This document shows, one piece after another, positions 1 to 11,215 of a stretch of 64,000 nucleotides of DNA (positions within the stretch are counted from its first letter, which is position 1; the number at the start of each line of letters is the position of its first letter). The notes under the pieces are model-generated. The model did no database searches and was not told the DNA's origin. It worked only from the letters and a program-made list of their open reading frames with translations. The DNA is from Trichodelitschia bisporula (Eukaryota). The stretch lies in NCBI GenBank assembly GCA_010356995.1, contig ML996689.1:1692691-1756690 (forward strand), written 5' to 3'. The position numbers were made by a program, and so were the translations under genes.

Positions 1-2
1 TC

Positions 3-1907
3 AGCAATGCGCGTGACTGGAACGTCTCCCGCAACCGGTACTGGGGCACGCCGATCCCGCTATGGGCGAACGAGGACTTTTCCGAGATTGTCTGCGTTGG
101 GAGCGTAGAGGAGCTCAAGGAATTGAGCGGATACAAGGGCGACCTTACGGACCTCCATCGTGACGTGGTGGACGACATCACCATCCCGAGCAAGACCGGC
201 AAGGGTGTGCTGCGACGCATCGAAGAGGTGTTTGACTGTTGGTTTGAGTCTGGCAGCATGCCATATGCGTCAGTTCACTATCCGTTCGAGAACAAGGAGA
301 GCTTTGAGAAGGCGTTCCCCGGAGACTTTATCGCCGAGGGCCTGGACCAGACTCGCGGCTGGTTCTACACGCTGGCGGTTCTGGGCACGCATCTTTTCGG
401 TAAGCTGCCTTTCAAGAACTGCGTGGTAAACGGCATTGTCCTTGCGGAGGATGGCAAGAAGATGTCCAAGCGGTTGAAGAACTACCCGGATCCTATGCTC
501 GTTATGGACCAGTACGGTTCCGATGCGCTGCGGCTGTACATGATTAACTCACCTGTCGTGCGCGCCGAGCCTCTCCGGTTCAAGGAAGCCGGTGTCAAGG
601 AGATTGTCGGCAAGGTCCTGCTCCCGCTGTGGAACAGCTACAACTTCTTCGAGCAGCAAACGGCCCTGCTGAAGAAGGTGGCGGACGTAGATTTCATCTT
701 CGACCCGACGTTGGAGAAGACGAACACCAACGTCATGGACCGCTGGATCCTCGCCAGCTGCCAGTCGCTTCTGCAGTTTGTCAACACAGAGATGGAAGGC
801 TACCGGCTGTACACGGTGGTACCGCGGCTGCTGTCACTCATCGACAACACGACCAACTGGTACATCCGCTTCAACCGGCAGCGCCTTAAGGGCGAATTCG
901 GTATCGAGGACACCAAGCACGCGCTCAATACTCTTTTTGAGGTGCTGTACACACTGTGCCGTGGCCTTGCTCCCTTCACCCCTTTCATCACCGACAACAT
1001 CTACCAGCGTCTGCTGCCGTACATCCCCAAGGAGCTGCAAGCTGAGGATCCCCGGAGCGTACACTTCTTGCCCTTCCCCGAGGTGCGTGCCGAGCTGTTC
1101 GACGAGGCCATCGAGCGCCGCGTGGGCCGCATGCAGGCCGTCATTGAGCTCGGGCGCGTGTGCCGCGAGCGTCGCGCCATCGGGCTCAAGACGCCGCTTA
1201 AGGAGCTCGTCGTCATCCACCCGGATCAGCAGTACCTGGATGACGTCAAGAGCCTGGAGGCGGAGATCTGCAACGAGCTCAACGTGCACAGTCTCCTGCT
1301 CACAGCTGACGAGGAGACGTACGGCGTGCAGTACTCGTTCACTGTCGACTGGGCCGTGCTGGGCAAGAAGCTGAAGAAGGACGCGGTGCGGGTCAAGAAG
1401 GCGCTGCCGGGGGTCAAGAGCGAGGAGGTCAAGGCGTTCTTGGAGTCGGGCAAAATCACGGTCGATGGCATTGCGCTTAGCAAGGAGGACCTGGTGGTGC
1501 AGCGCGGGCTCCAGGAGAGCGCGGCGAGCAAGGACCAGGAGTTCAACACGGACAATGACGTACTCATCGTGTTGGATGTGAAGTCGTACCCGGAGCTGGC
1601 GGAGCAGGGTCTGGCGCGCGAGATCATCAACCGCGTGCAGCGGCTGCGTAAGAAGGCAGGCTTGGTGCCGACGGATGATGTGGGCATGGAGTACCGTGTG
1701 CTCTCGGATCCGGAGAAGGTGGGGCTAGAAAAGGCGTTTGAGGCACAGACGGGCATGATTGAGAAGGCGCTGCGGCGGCCGCTGGACAAGCATGTTGTGA
1801 CGGAGGTGGAAGGCAAGATTCCCGAGGGGAGCAAAGAGGAGGTCATTTTGCAAGAGGAGCAGGAGGTGCAGAAGGCTACATTCTTGCTTAGGCTTGTGAA
1901 GTTGTAG
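3..1907 (+). CDS. ILS1: Cytoplasmic isoleucyl-tRNA synthetase, 5' end outside window
   Basis: Frame open from base 3: RDWNVSRNRYWGTPIPLW, VFDCWFESGSMPY, EGLDQTRGWFY and the KMSKR (KMSKS-type) class I motif. Confidence 0.97.
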   Translation, partial: SNARDWNVSRNRYWGTPIPLWANEDFSEIVCVGSVEELKELSGYKGDLTDLHRDVVDDITIPSKTGKGVLRRIEEVFDCWFESGSMPYASVHYPFENKESFEKAFPGDFIAEGLDQTRGWFYTLAVLGTHLFGKLPFKNCVVNGIVLAEDGKKMSKRLKNYPDPMLVMDQYGSDALRLYMINSPVVRAEPLRFKEAGVKEIVGKVLLPLWNSYNFFEQQTALLKKVADVDFIFDPTLEKTNTNVMDRWILASCQSLLQFVNTEMEGYRLYTVVPRLLSLIDNTTNWYIRFNRQRLKGEFGIEDTKHALNTLFEVLYTLCRGLAPFTPFITDNIYQRLLPYIPKELQAEDPRSVHFLPFPEVRAELFDEAIERRVGRMQAVIELGRVCRERRAIGLKTPLKELVVIHPDQQYLDDVKSLEAEICNELNVHSLLLTADEETYGVQYSFTVDWAVLGKKLKKDAVRVKKALPGVKSEEVKAFLESGKITVDGIALSKEDLVVQRGLQESAASKDQEFNTDNDVLIVLDVKSYPELAEQGLAREIINRVQRLRKKAGLVPTDDVGMEYRVLSDPEKVGLEKAFEAQTGMIEKALRRPLDKHVVTEVEGKIPEGSKEEVILQEEQEVQKATFLLRLVKL

Positions 1908-2924
1908 AGGCCTGGTGGGTTAAGGAATAAGGCATGGTATGGGGCTATACCGAGAAATGGAAAAGTGAAATGGTTCATGGCTAAATGATTTTGCCTTGAA
2001 CGTCGTCATGGTCATGAAATTACACGTGTGCACTTGATCTCTATTTTCCTGCTCTATATGCCGCCTATGAGGGTCAATGAAGCCTACACTAACTGATACA
2101 ACAGCAGACCTACCATGTAGCACTCCTTGAAGCGGAGAAATTCGGTCAGGCATTTGTCCTTTCGGACGTTCTGATAATCGGCGAAGATGCATTTGCCATA
2201 GGCGGAGCTCTTTGGCATGTTAGAGCCAGACCTCAAGGACGTAGAGACATAAGGGAGTTGAAATTTACCTCCAGCGAGCATTTACCGACGGCAGCGGCAA
2301 ACTTTTCAATAGGCCGTGTTCGCGGTGGCATATCTCTTGTGGGAGGGAGAGGGGCCTTTCACTCGGTTCGTTGTCACAGAGTCGAGACGGTCGGGATGAA
2401 GTCACTGGCGAAGAAGCAAAGGCCAAGCCCCGGGCCTGTCCGCTTTCGGCTCAGTGCGTTCGCAGAACTACCCCGGCTACAGTAGAGGCTGTAAGTCATC
2501 GCTGCTCAGACGCGTCGAGTCCGGTGCTCCACCCAGCAGGGACTTTCTGAGCCAGCCCTCGAACAGTGTCGCGTCGGCATGCAGCGCGCTCATCGCATTG
2601 TCGACCAACAACACCAAAAAGTCTCGCGCGTTCTCTCTCCTCCCTCCCTTTGACCTCTTTCTTTCTCCCCTCCTCTCCCCCGTCTCTCCTCTTACCCCTC
2701 TACTTTCGCCATTCTTCGGACGCTCAAAGGTCTTAATCTACAATCCTAATCGTCTAATTTCTCTCCCGCGCGCCGAGCTCGAAAGCTTCATACCTTCCTA
2801 GCTATCCTACCTCAAACAGCTTCAGCACCTCAAAGACGATCGACGCCTCACAATCTTCAGCGCATGCCTCCGCCGCCTTTATGCGCCATCATTTGTTCCC
2901 CCGCGACCCGTGGACGACCCCCGA

Positions 2925-5900
2925 ATGCTTCCTCATCCTCCATCCGCCGTCCCTCCTGCCAGCCCACCCGCCGCGAAGCTCACCGACGAAGGTAAGCGCT
3001 CTGTCCGTTCGTGCAACCCAGCTAACCCCACAGATGTCTTACTCCTCCACGCCGTCATCACCGAAGCCGAGGACAAGAAGGACACCTCGCACCCCGGAGT
3101 TGTGGCCATCTACGACAAGGTGCGCCGGCACCGTGGCATCGCACCCGGCTACGGCGGCGAGAGCTTCGCTTTCCTGCTGGCAGTCCTGCAGCGCCGCCTC
3201 AAGAGCCTCGAAAGGAAAACGCTGTTCGAGCACTTCAAAGACGAGCTTGCCCTGCAGAAAATCACAATCGACTTCGTGGACGACGATGCGGAAGAGAAGG
3301 AGAATGCGCGCGATTACACCCTCAATAGCAGCGGCCTCGGAAGCTCAGGCACCTTGGGCAGATCGAGTTCACCATCAGGGCCCTACCACGCAGCCGTACC
3401 ACCTAGACCTCTGTTACCTCCGAGCGAGCCCCTCAAGCCGCCGCCCCGGCCTGCGCTCCGGGCACCCTACGTCCCGGCGTACCTTACTTCGGACAAGCGC
3501 GCAGCCTCCGTTGACACCCCTTCTCGCCTCCTTAGTAAACCGCCGGTTAGGCCCCCGTGGCCCGGACGAGCTGCATCCGAGGACACGGCACCTGTTGCTC
3601 GGCGGCGAAGCGCTTCCGATGCAAGCCGCGTCGTATCTGTCTCGCGCCCTCCCAGTACGGTCGGGGATGCCTACTCGTATTCAGCCGATGAGTCGGCAAC
3701 GCAATCGCCCGCGCGTCGAAACTCGCTATCTGGTCCGTATGCCTCGCCCGCCGCGCCGCCCACCGATGTCCTGCCCGCTGTCCCGTCCTTTGATCCGCTC
3801 GGGGAAACCCAGATGACAACGGAGGCAGAGAACTTCCGTATTCACATGGATTCAATAGCTCAGCGCCACTTTCTCTGGCATTGGCGTCATCGCGCCGTCG
3901 ATCAGCGCCGTCGCCGTGAGCGTCTTGCCGCTCAGGCTGATGCGTATGACCGCAACGTGCTGCTGCGCTCCGCCCTTGAAGGCTGGCGAAGTAAGCTCGC
4001 GGATAAGCTGCAAAGACGCAAAGAAGAAGAGACAGAGCGCTTCTTCGAGGCCCTCGAGCGCCGCGCCGAACGCGCCTACAACGCCTTCCTCCTCACCAAA
4101 GCGCTCACGCATTGGGCGAACCTGACGAACGATGAGATCGAGCGCACAGGCACCGCGCGCAGACACATCATGCGCACCAAGTATTTCAACGCCTGGCGCG
4201 AAATCACAGCCGTCAACGAGCTCAAGGTGCGCCGCCTGGCGCTACGCAAGTTCTTGACCATCTGGCGCGGCCGCACGGCTCACGTCCGCCGCGACGAGGC
4301 TACCGCCCTTGCGGTCGTGGAAACGAATGCCATGCGCCGCTGCCTCAAGACGTGGCATTTTGCCTTCTTCGCGCTTGCGGCGCCCGCCGTACGCGAACAG
4401 AACCGCAAGCGCGAGGCGCTGCGCAAGTGGGTGCGCGCTATACATAATCACCACGCGCAAGTGGCGCAGGCTGTGCAGGTGGCTGCCGCCAGCGCGGGTC
4501 GCGGGCTGTTCGGCGTGATGGCGGCTAAGCTGTCGCATGTGCGCATGCTGAACACGGCGGCGGAGCAGTTCCGCAGGCGCAAGTTGCTGGGTGATGCGCT
4601 GGGCGTGCTGCGGCGGCGAGCGGTTCTCGAGCCCCGCGGTGTGCGGTTCGCAGAAAGGAGGGAGCAGAAGAGCGAGCGCGCGGTGCTGCAGGTGTGGAAG
4701 ACGAAGGCGGTACAGGAGCGCCAGGCGAGGGAATTCCGCGAGGGGCATTTGCTGCGCAATGCGTTCACGGCGTGGAATGATCTCCTCCGCGTCGTGTTCC
4801 TGGAGCATCGTATCGATTACCGCATCGTCTCCGAGGCGCTGTACAAAATGCTCCTCGCCTCGCGCCTCTCTCGCGCCCTCGCCCAGTCCGACGCCGACCT
4901 CGCGTACACCACGCTCAAAACCTGGCACCAGCGCACAGCAGCGCGCCAATCCGCCCTAACCACCGCGCTTCGCACCTTCCGCACCCTTCAGGCCCAACGC
5001 CTGCAAGGTGCAGTCCTAAGCCGCATCACAAACTCCCTCCGCGCACACACCTACCGCGCCGCGGACGCCGTGCGCTTCCGGCGCCAATCGCTGCTTAGCC
5101 GCGCCTTCGGGGCACTCAAAGCCGAGGCCGCGACCGTGCGCATCCAGAATATAAAGGCGGATAATGCGCGCTTTTACCTGCTCACCACGGCGGCGCTGCG
5201 CACGTGGCGCGCGGCGACGACGCTGAGCCAGAAGCAGCGCAGGCGCGATGCGTATGCGTATTTGAGGAGGAAGGTTAAGATGCGGATTGCGCGGGATATG
5301 CTGGGCCGCTGGCACGGCGCGACGGTGCATGTCCAGACGCTCGAACACCAGGCCGATGCCCTCGCCTTAACGCATACCCGCGGCGTCGCATCCACCGCCC
5401 TAACTACCCTCTCAAGTCAGCTCACCCACCTGCACACCCTCCAAACCCGCGCATCCTCCTTCCACACAAGCACCCTAACCCACCACGCCCTCGCCGCCCT
5501 CTCCACCCGCCTCACCTCCCTCCACACCCTCTCATCGCAAGCAACATCTTTCAAACACACCTCCACCTTCACAACCGCCCTCTCCTGCCTCCGCGCCCTA
5601 AACCGGTCCCTCTTCCTCTACGCCGGCCAAAGCCGCTGGGCCGACGACCTCGCAGCTAAGTTCTTCGAAAGGCACGTCAAGAGCATGCTACGGCACTGGG
5701 CGGAGCGTGCGCTCGCCGCGCGGGAAGCGGCGGCGGCGGCGGAGGCTGCGACCGAGGGCGCGCCAGGGGTGTCGCGGGACGCTGCGGGGGACGTGCCCCC
5801 GTGGACTGATCCGGCGTTCAGTCTTAAACCTGTGCCTGAGCTGCAGCTTTTCGAGCCTGAGGACACCGCACCACCCCCGGTGCCAGGGTATCTGAAGACG

Positions 5901-6287
5901 CCGAGTAAGCGCGAGGCGGTGCGGCGGCGGGAGTTGGGTGGGGGGGGAGGGCTGGGTGGTACGGGTCCAGGTACAGCCGCGGGGCCCCGACCGCCGGCGA
6001 CGATTGCGCCCCGCGCCGGCCGGTTCGCTGCGGCTACTGGCCCGCGTGCGCCCGCTACGGCGCCCCCGGTTAGACCGACGGACGAGACGCCACTGCCGCG
6101 GAGGGGAAGGGCGGAAACACCGGCGCCGGGGGGGCGTGGAGCAGGTATTACGCCTTTTGTGGCTAGGTTGAGGAGGGGGGGGTATGTAGCTGGCGGGGCT
6201 GGTGGCAGGTTCGGTGGACGGGTTGGATTTGAGGATTTAGGTTCTGGAGATGGGATGGGGGAGGGGGAGGGTGATGGGGAGGGATAG
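2925..6287 (+). CDS. SFI1: Sfi1 spindle-pole-body, centrin-binding repeat protein
   Basis: About 1100 aa with periodic Trp repeats (FLWHW, ALEGW, ALTHW, YFNAW, FLTIW, AFTAW). In-frame 42-nt intron 2992-3033 (GTAAGC..GCTAAC..CAG). ATG at 2925 is a best guess. Confidence 0.85.
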   Translation: MLPHPPSAVPPASPPAAKLTDEGKRSVRSCNPANPTDVLLLHAVITEAEDKKDTSHPGVVAIYDKVRRHRGIAPGYGGESFAFLLAVLQRRLKSLERKTLFEHFKDELALQKITIDFVDDDAEEKENARDYTLNSSGLGSSGTLGRSSSPSGPYHAAVPPRPLLPPSEPLKPPPRPALRAPYVPAYLTSDKRAASVDTPSRLLSKPPVRPPWPGRAASEDTAPVARRRSASDASRVVSVSRPPSTVGDAYSYSADESATQSPARRNSLSGPYASPAAPPTDVLPAVPSFDPLGETQMTTEAENFRIHMDSIAQRHFLWHWRHRAVDQRRRRERLAAQADAYDRNVLLRSALEGWRSKLADKLQRRKEEETERFFEALERRAERAYNAFLLTKALTHWANLTNDEIERTGTARRHIMRTKYFNAWREITAVNELKVRRLALRKFLTIWRGRTAHVRRDEATALAVVETNAMRRCLKTWHFAFFALAAPAVREQNRKREALRKWVRAIHNHHAQVAQAVQVAAASAGRGLFGVMAAKLSHVRMLNTAAEQFRRRKLLGDALGVLRRRAVLEPRGVRFAERREQKSERAVLQVWKTKAVQERQAREFREGHLLRNAFTAWNDLLRVVFLEHRIDYRIVSEALYKMLLASRLSRALAQSDADLAYTTLKTWHQRTAARQSALTTALRTFRTLQAQRLQGAVLSRITNSLRAHTYRAADAVRFRRQSLLSRAFGALKAEAATVRIQNIKADNARFYLLTTAALRTWRAATTLSQKQRRRDAYAYLRRKVKMRIARDMLGRWHGATVHVQTLEHQADALALTHTRGVASTALTTLSSQLTHLHTLQTRASSFHTSTLTHHALAALSTRLTSLHTLSSQATSFKHTSTFTTALSCLRALNRSLFLYAGQSRWADDLAAKFFERHVKSMLRHWAERALAAREAAAAAEAATEGAPGVSRDAAGDVPPWTDPAFSLKPVPELQLFEPEDTAPPPVPGYLKTPSKREAVRRRELGGGGGLGGTGPGTAAGPRPPATIAPRAGRFAAATGPRAPATAPPVRPTDETPLPRRGRAETPAPGGRGAGITPFVARLRRGGYVAGGAGGRFGGRVGFEDLGSGDGMGEGEGDGEG

Positions 6288-6811
6288 GGATGGATGGGGA
6301 GGGGCTGAAGATGTAGGCGTGTTTGAATAGGTGCATGGGCGGGCGGGCGGTTTGGATGCTAGATACCCGGCGTGTCGTGTTTGGCGTTTAGCGGGCATGA
6401 GCGAGGAATGGAGTTAGGCTTGATGCCGCGTTGAGTTTGTGGACCGCGCTCTTTTGTCCCACACGTGCTGATGTGCAAAGGCTCCGCCCGCGGGCAGCAG
6501 CTTTGCGGCCCTTCCTTCGGCCCGACGCCGAGCCGAACGGTAGCCTTCGCGGGCCGAGCAGCCGCCCGCACACCGATGCTGCCCCCACGTCAGTGTGACA
6601 TCGAGCACAGCACAACTTTACGGTCCCGAGTCGGATATTCCCCGCGGTTGCTGCATCCCCGAGCTCTAGCTAGCTCTAGCATTCAAGACGCCGGTGTGAT
6701 ATCGGCACGCACCATTCGCAACCCAAGACAGCAAGCAAATCATTCACCACCCAAACGACAGACAACCAAGCATGGATGCTAATGCGCTCTCTCCGCTTAG
6801 ACCAGCGCCAT

Positions 6812-8336
6812 CTACCTCTTCAATACGTCCCCACACCTCCCCGTGCTGGCTACTGCGCCCACCTTGCGCGTACCCACCAGATACACTCGCGCCACGCGCA
6901 CTCCCGCCATGCGTACTTCCACACCCACGCGCCCTCCTATCACCACGGGCCCTCGCTTCCGTTTCCCCTCACGCTCGAATCGGCCGCAGCTGAATTTAGC
7001 GTAGCGTGATCCACGTTGGTGATGGGGGCCGAGCATGCTGTGCCTGGATCGGGGAGGGGGGACTGGTTCCGGCGAAAGACTTCGGTGGCAGCTTCCCGGC
7101 TTGGCGGGATGGCGGGGGGTTCGAGGGGAGGCAAGCTGGGGGGATGTTTTTCCCCGGCGTGGGGGGGGGGGGGGGTACAGTTGGAGCGGAGGCTGGAAGG
7201 GGGGCTGGAGCTGGTACAAGTGTGAGCGCTGCGAGATCTTGGGGTGGAGTGGGGGGGTGGGATACCAGGGCCCGTGCTGCCTGGGGTTCGGGGTGTGGCC
7301 GATGAAGCACCCATCCGCCGGTGCGGACGAGACGCAGCCGAGAGCTTGGGCTGCCACATGGTGGTGGTTATGGTAGTGACGGGCCGCTCCGGACGGAGGC
7401 CCGGGGAACGTGCCAGGAGAATGCTCCCCGTCCGGCCGTGTTCGTGATAGTAAAGGAGAATGATGTCTGTCAACGGTCCTAAATAAGCCCCTATATGTCA
7501 AACTTCATTCAAGCAAGCACATTAAAACGGATAAAGTACTTACCCTTGGACTGGAGCATGATTATGGTGGTTAAGGTGATGGGTGGTTTCTGATTGCAAC
7601 GCACCCCTCCCAATCGGCATTCGACAGCTATCCTCACCCGTACCTCGCCCATCTGCGTCCCTGGTTTTGCAGACGGCTTGAGGATGTCCCTCCGTGTAGG
7701 CATGGAGGACGGGAATCGGACTTAGCTCGGCAGCGGCTGGAGGTTGTGCTGCCAGCAAACAGATCGGCCGATCTCTCATTGCTCCTCTAAGTTCCGTCTG
7801 GGTGGGGTTCCACGGAGTAACAACTGGACATGCTTGGGGGACCGCTTCCGTCCCAGGCACTTGGTACGGACCTGATGGAAAGAGAGATGTGATGGGGGTA
7901 AGCCACGGGTGTAGTGCTGATTCTGGGACGTTAAAGCGGATAAGGAGTTGTCTCGCTGTAGGCGATATCGTAGAGGTCTAATGTAAGCCCTTTGAGGTGC
8001 TGAGGGGTTATTGGTAGTACCTGATCCTGACTTTCCACCATCCGAAGCTTATCGCTAAGGATATACGAGTTACTGCAATTCCGTGCTTCCACGCCCGTGA
8101 ACATCAACTGCGCGACAAACCACGCAGCGGGATCATAGCATTCGCGGAAACGTAGGTCCCCTATGCGCCATTCGCAATGGGCGTATGTCTCGATACATTA
8201 GAAGAGTATCGCGAATAAACTCTGGTGATGCCCGCGGGATTCCCTTGTAGATGATGAAGCCTTCACGATCCTCGAAATACCTGGACCGGTGAATTTTTGA
8301 AAGGCCCTCGAAGTCGTAATCCGTTCTGAGAGCCAT
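6812..8336 (-). pseudogene. Family-A paralogue A1 (unknown domain plus Pro-rich tail), one frameshift at about 8135-8195
   Basis: ATG 8336; GFIIYKGIPRASPEFIRDTL, then in a shifted frame AWFVAQLMF. Introns 8020-7978 and 7543-7491 join ORFs 7540..7860 and 6812..7501 in phase. 3' end uncertain because of the G-run at about 7161-7174. Confidence 0.65.
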
Positions 8337-9153
8337 AGTAGCGTTGGGATATGCGATGTGAATGATGAAACAACGGAAGAGAGGGCGCGAGAGGCGGAAG
8401 ATATGCGGAATGTAAAGGATAGGATGAAGGGGATGAAGGGGAGAGGGCACGAGAGGTGGAAGACATGCTGCAATAAACATGCTGCATCCTACCTTCCCTC
8501 CACCCTTGTCACCAAGCCGGTTGCGCCTCCCTCCCACGCCTCAGAGCTGAAGAAGGTAAGCGCGTCCTGACTGGCGACGCAAAAGTCTCCGCAAGCAGAG
8601 GGAACATATAACGGAAGCTTATGAAAGCGAACATATGAAAGCACAGGGTACACCGTCGAGAGTACCATCATCACGGCTACACCCCAAGTTGGATGGAATT
8701 GTATTCGATGGCGGTGATGATACAGTGCTCCCGAGTGTATGTCGCCAGTGGCTGTGCACGGCCCATATTGCGCCGCCTTGCCACCAGTCAGCCCTTCGCC
8801 GTACACCCAAACTCCCCTTCCCCGGGCCGAAACCCGAGCGGCAAACATCCACCATGGCCCGAGCAACTTACACTTACAGGCAGAGATATAGAATCTTCCA
8901 CCCCAGTGTCACGTACACGAATGCAGGCACAGAAGGCTCAGCATTTATGCCAATGCATGCAACGGCATTCCCTCCGACGCCAGCGTCCTCACTCTTCATC
9001 CTTCCAATCCCGTCCATCTCCCGGGCAACCCATGTAAGCGTCGAAGGCCTCCCGGCAGCTGCGCGAGCGCATCTACGTGCCCTGTCAGGCGAATCCCCCC
9101 ATTCCCTCTGCCTGTCCCGTCCGACTCCATGCATTCGTCCAACGGAAGCCCGG

Positions 9154-10414
9154 CTACAAGTACGGCTTCAGCTCCACATCAGGCACGTTCGGGAGGTCGA
9201 GACTTCGCAGCGACGGGAGAGTATCTCGCGCTCCCGGGGGGTTCCGACTGGAATGCGTGGGTAGAGAAGCCGGGACGGATGGCGGCACGGGTACGTTAAT
9301 AGGACCGTATGGGCTGGAGTATGTGGGACGAGGAGCCTGGACGAAGGGTTGTACAGATGAGCTATTGAGGTCGTATGCGTTCTGGCTGGAGTGTCCGGGT
9401 AGCGGAGCCTGAGCGAGAGAGTACGGTACGGGTACGCTACCGAAGTAGTATGGGCCCTGGCTGAAGCTCTCGGGTAGAGGAACCTGGGCGGGAGCGTACG
9501 GTACGGGTGCATTACTGAGGCCGTAAGGGCCCTGGCCGGAGTGCCCGGGTAGAGGAGCCTGGGTGGGACGATACAGTACGGGGGCGCTCCTGATGCCGTA
9601 TGGGCCCTGGCTGAAGTGTCCGGGTAGAGGAACTTGGGCGGAAGCATACGGTACGGTTGCGTTACTGAGGCCGTATGGGCCCTGGCCGAAGTTTCTGGGT
9701 GGAGGAGCATAAACGGGGATGAGTGGTACCCATGTGGCAGGGACTTCCGGTTCGTGATTCGCGTTCGGGAGATGATTCGCGGTTGGGGGGTCATCCGTGC
9801 TCGGGAGATGATCCCACCTCGGGATGTCAGGAACTTCCACGTGGTGCTCATCAGGATCGGGCCGGGCTGGGAAGTGCACTATGCTGCCACGATTTCCGAA
9901 GGCTAAAATGAAATGGGCGTTGTCCTGCGTGTTTTGTCCTTTTGGGTCTGAGAGCTTCGATGCATGGGAATGCCCCTGGGCAAGGAGTGCTGATTCCTCC
10001 GCTTGGAAGTCTTTGGAGACGGATTGCGCCTCGTTGGAAATGCGGTCGCACTAGGCTAGTGTAAGCTGTCAATTGTGTTGGGATTTCGTTGCTCGTCCAT
10101 ACTTTTCCTTCTGCGACTGCTCTTCGGAGCGTCGAGACAAGCTGTTGGGCGGTATAGGACTCGGGGTTAAACGGCTGCCCAACGGCGAAAGCTAGCTGCG
10201 CAACGACCCATTGCTTAAGGAAGAAACTTAGACCACGTACTTGATCGAAGACTGCGAGACTTCTTCGAATTGGCTTCCATTCCTCTTGACTAGAATCATC
10301 AGGTGGGAACTTGGCAAGGGTTGCGTCGATAAACTCCCGCTCATATTGTGGTACGCCCTGGTATGTGAGCACGCCGAGCCCGCTGTGATACCACCATCCC
10401 AGGGGCCACGGCAT
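9154..10414 (-). CDS. Family-A paralogue A2, about 402 aa, two exons, unknown N-terminal domain plus 25-aa repeats
   Basis: ATG 10414; phase-0 intron 10102-10051 (GTATGG..GCTTAC..CTAG) joins the 9851..10480 frame to the 9154..9879 frame with no stops. Confidence 0.75.
9335..9705 (-). repeat. Coding tandem repeat, 5 x 75 nt (25 aa; PLPGHxxQGPYG core)
   Basis: Units: PPPRNFGQGPYGLSNATVPYASAQV / PLPGHFSQGPYGIRSAPVLYRPTQA / PLPGHSGQGPYGLSNAPVPYAPAQV / PLPESFSQGPYYFGSVPVPYSLAQA / PLPGHSSQNAYDLNSS. Confidence 0.9.
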
Positions 10415-11120
10415 GATGGTCCTATTCAACGGCCACGAAATCGACAGGAGGAGTCGCGTGGAGAAGGTAGGATCATACAACTATAAAAAGTAGCGAAGCT
10501 GGGTGATGCTGGGTGATGCTGTATGATGCTTGGGGACGTTGGGGGGATGTTAGTGATATGGCATGCACGATGTGAAGACATTCTGGGATAAGCATCGTAG
10601 ACACACCTTCCCACAGTCTTTGGCACGGGACTTTTGTGTCTTTCCCCATCGACAGCGAGAAGGTAGAGCGTGCCTTCCACCACTTATATGTAGGGAGAAA
10701 GCGAGCTCGTCCTGGCTGGTGTCCAAAGACTTGCCCATCCTTACTGCGCACACCGAGGGCCGGCGTCCCACCATAAAGGAATCTGACATGCAACCTGGTG
10801 GAGCCTGAGTTGAGGACGCTTTCGCGCATTGACGGTGCCATTGCGAAGTACAAGGCTGTAGCATAGGCCATCGTGAGGAGGAGTCAGGGTACACAAAAAT
10901 AGAAGGGAAGCATATGGAGGGAAGTCGGTGACGTTGTGTTTGGCAAGGACTAAGAGGTCATCATCTCTCCTCACGTCGAGCAGTGCACTACTTTTGCCGC
11001 ATCATCAGCCCGTGGCTATGCGAAAGAACGGGGTGGTAATGGGCCTGCGGGTGCAGAAGTTGCGTTGCTCACAGAGGTGGGAGGACGAAGTGACGTTGAC
11101 TCCATGGGATGGGGAGGTGA

Positions 11121-11215
11121 CCAAGGGCTACCCGAAAAAGTCATGTCCCCCTCTCTCCAAATTTTGGCAGAGGCCATGTCGCCGAGGTGAACATGACTTT
11201 TTCGAGGGGCCTTGG
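11121..11215. repeat. Inverted repeat with 14-bp perfect arms
   Basis: cgaaaaagtcatgt (11133-11146) is the exact reverse complement of acatgactttttcg (11191-11204); outer ccaagg/ccttgg also pair. Confidence 0.85.

Noticed and set aside
1226..1978. Long antisense and alternate-frame ORFs over real genes (also 27683..28873, 29867..30673, 2881..3816)
   Set aside because: Shadow ORFs expected from GC-rich codon bias; no recognisable motifs.
9335..9705. Regularly spaced repeats as a possible CRISPR array
   Set aside because: Eukaryotic context, in-frame coding repeats, no unique spacers and no cas genes.
10473..11000. Overlapping ORFs upstream of A2, and similar ones at 8490-9150
   Set aside because: No motifs, splice-consistent model or paralogy found.
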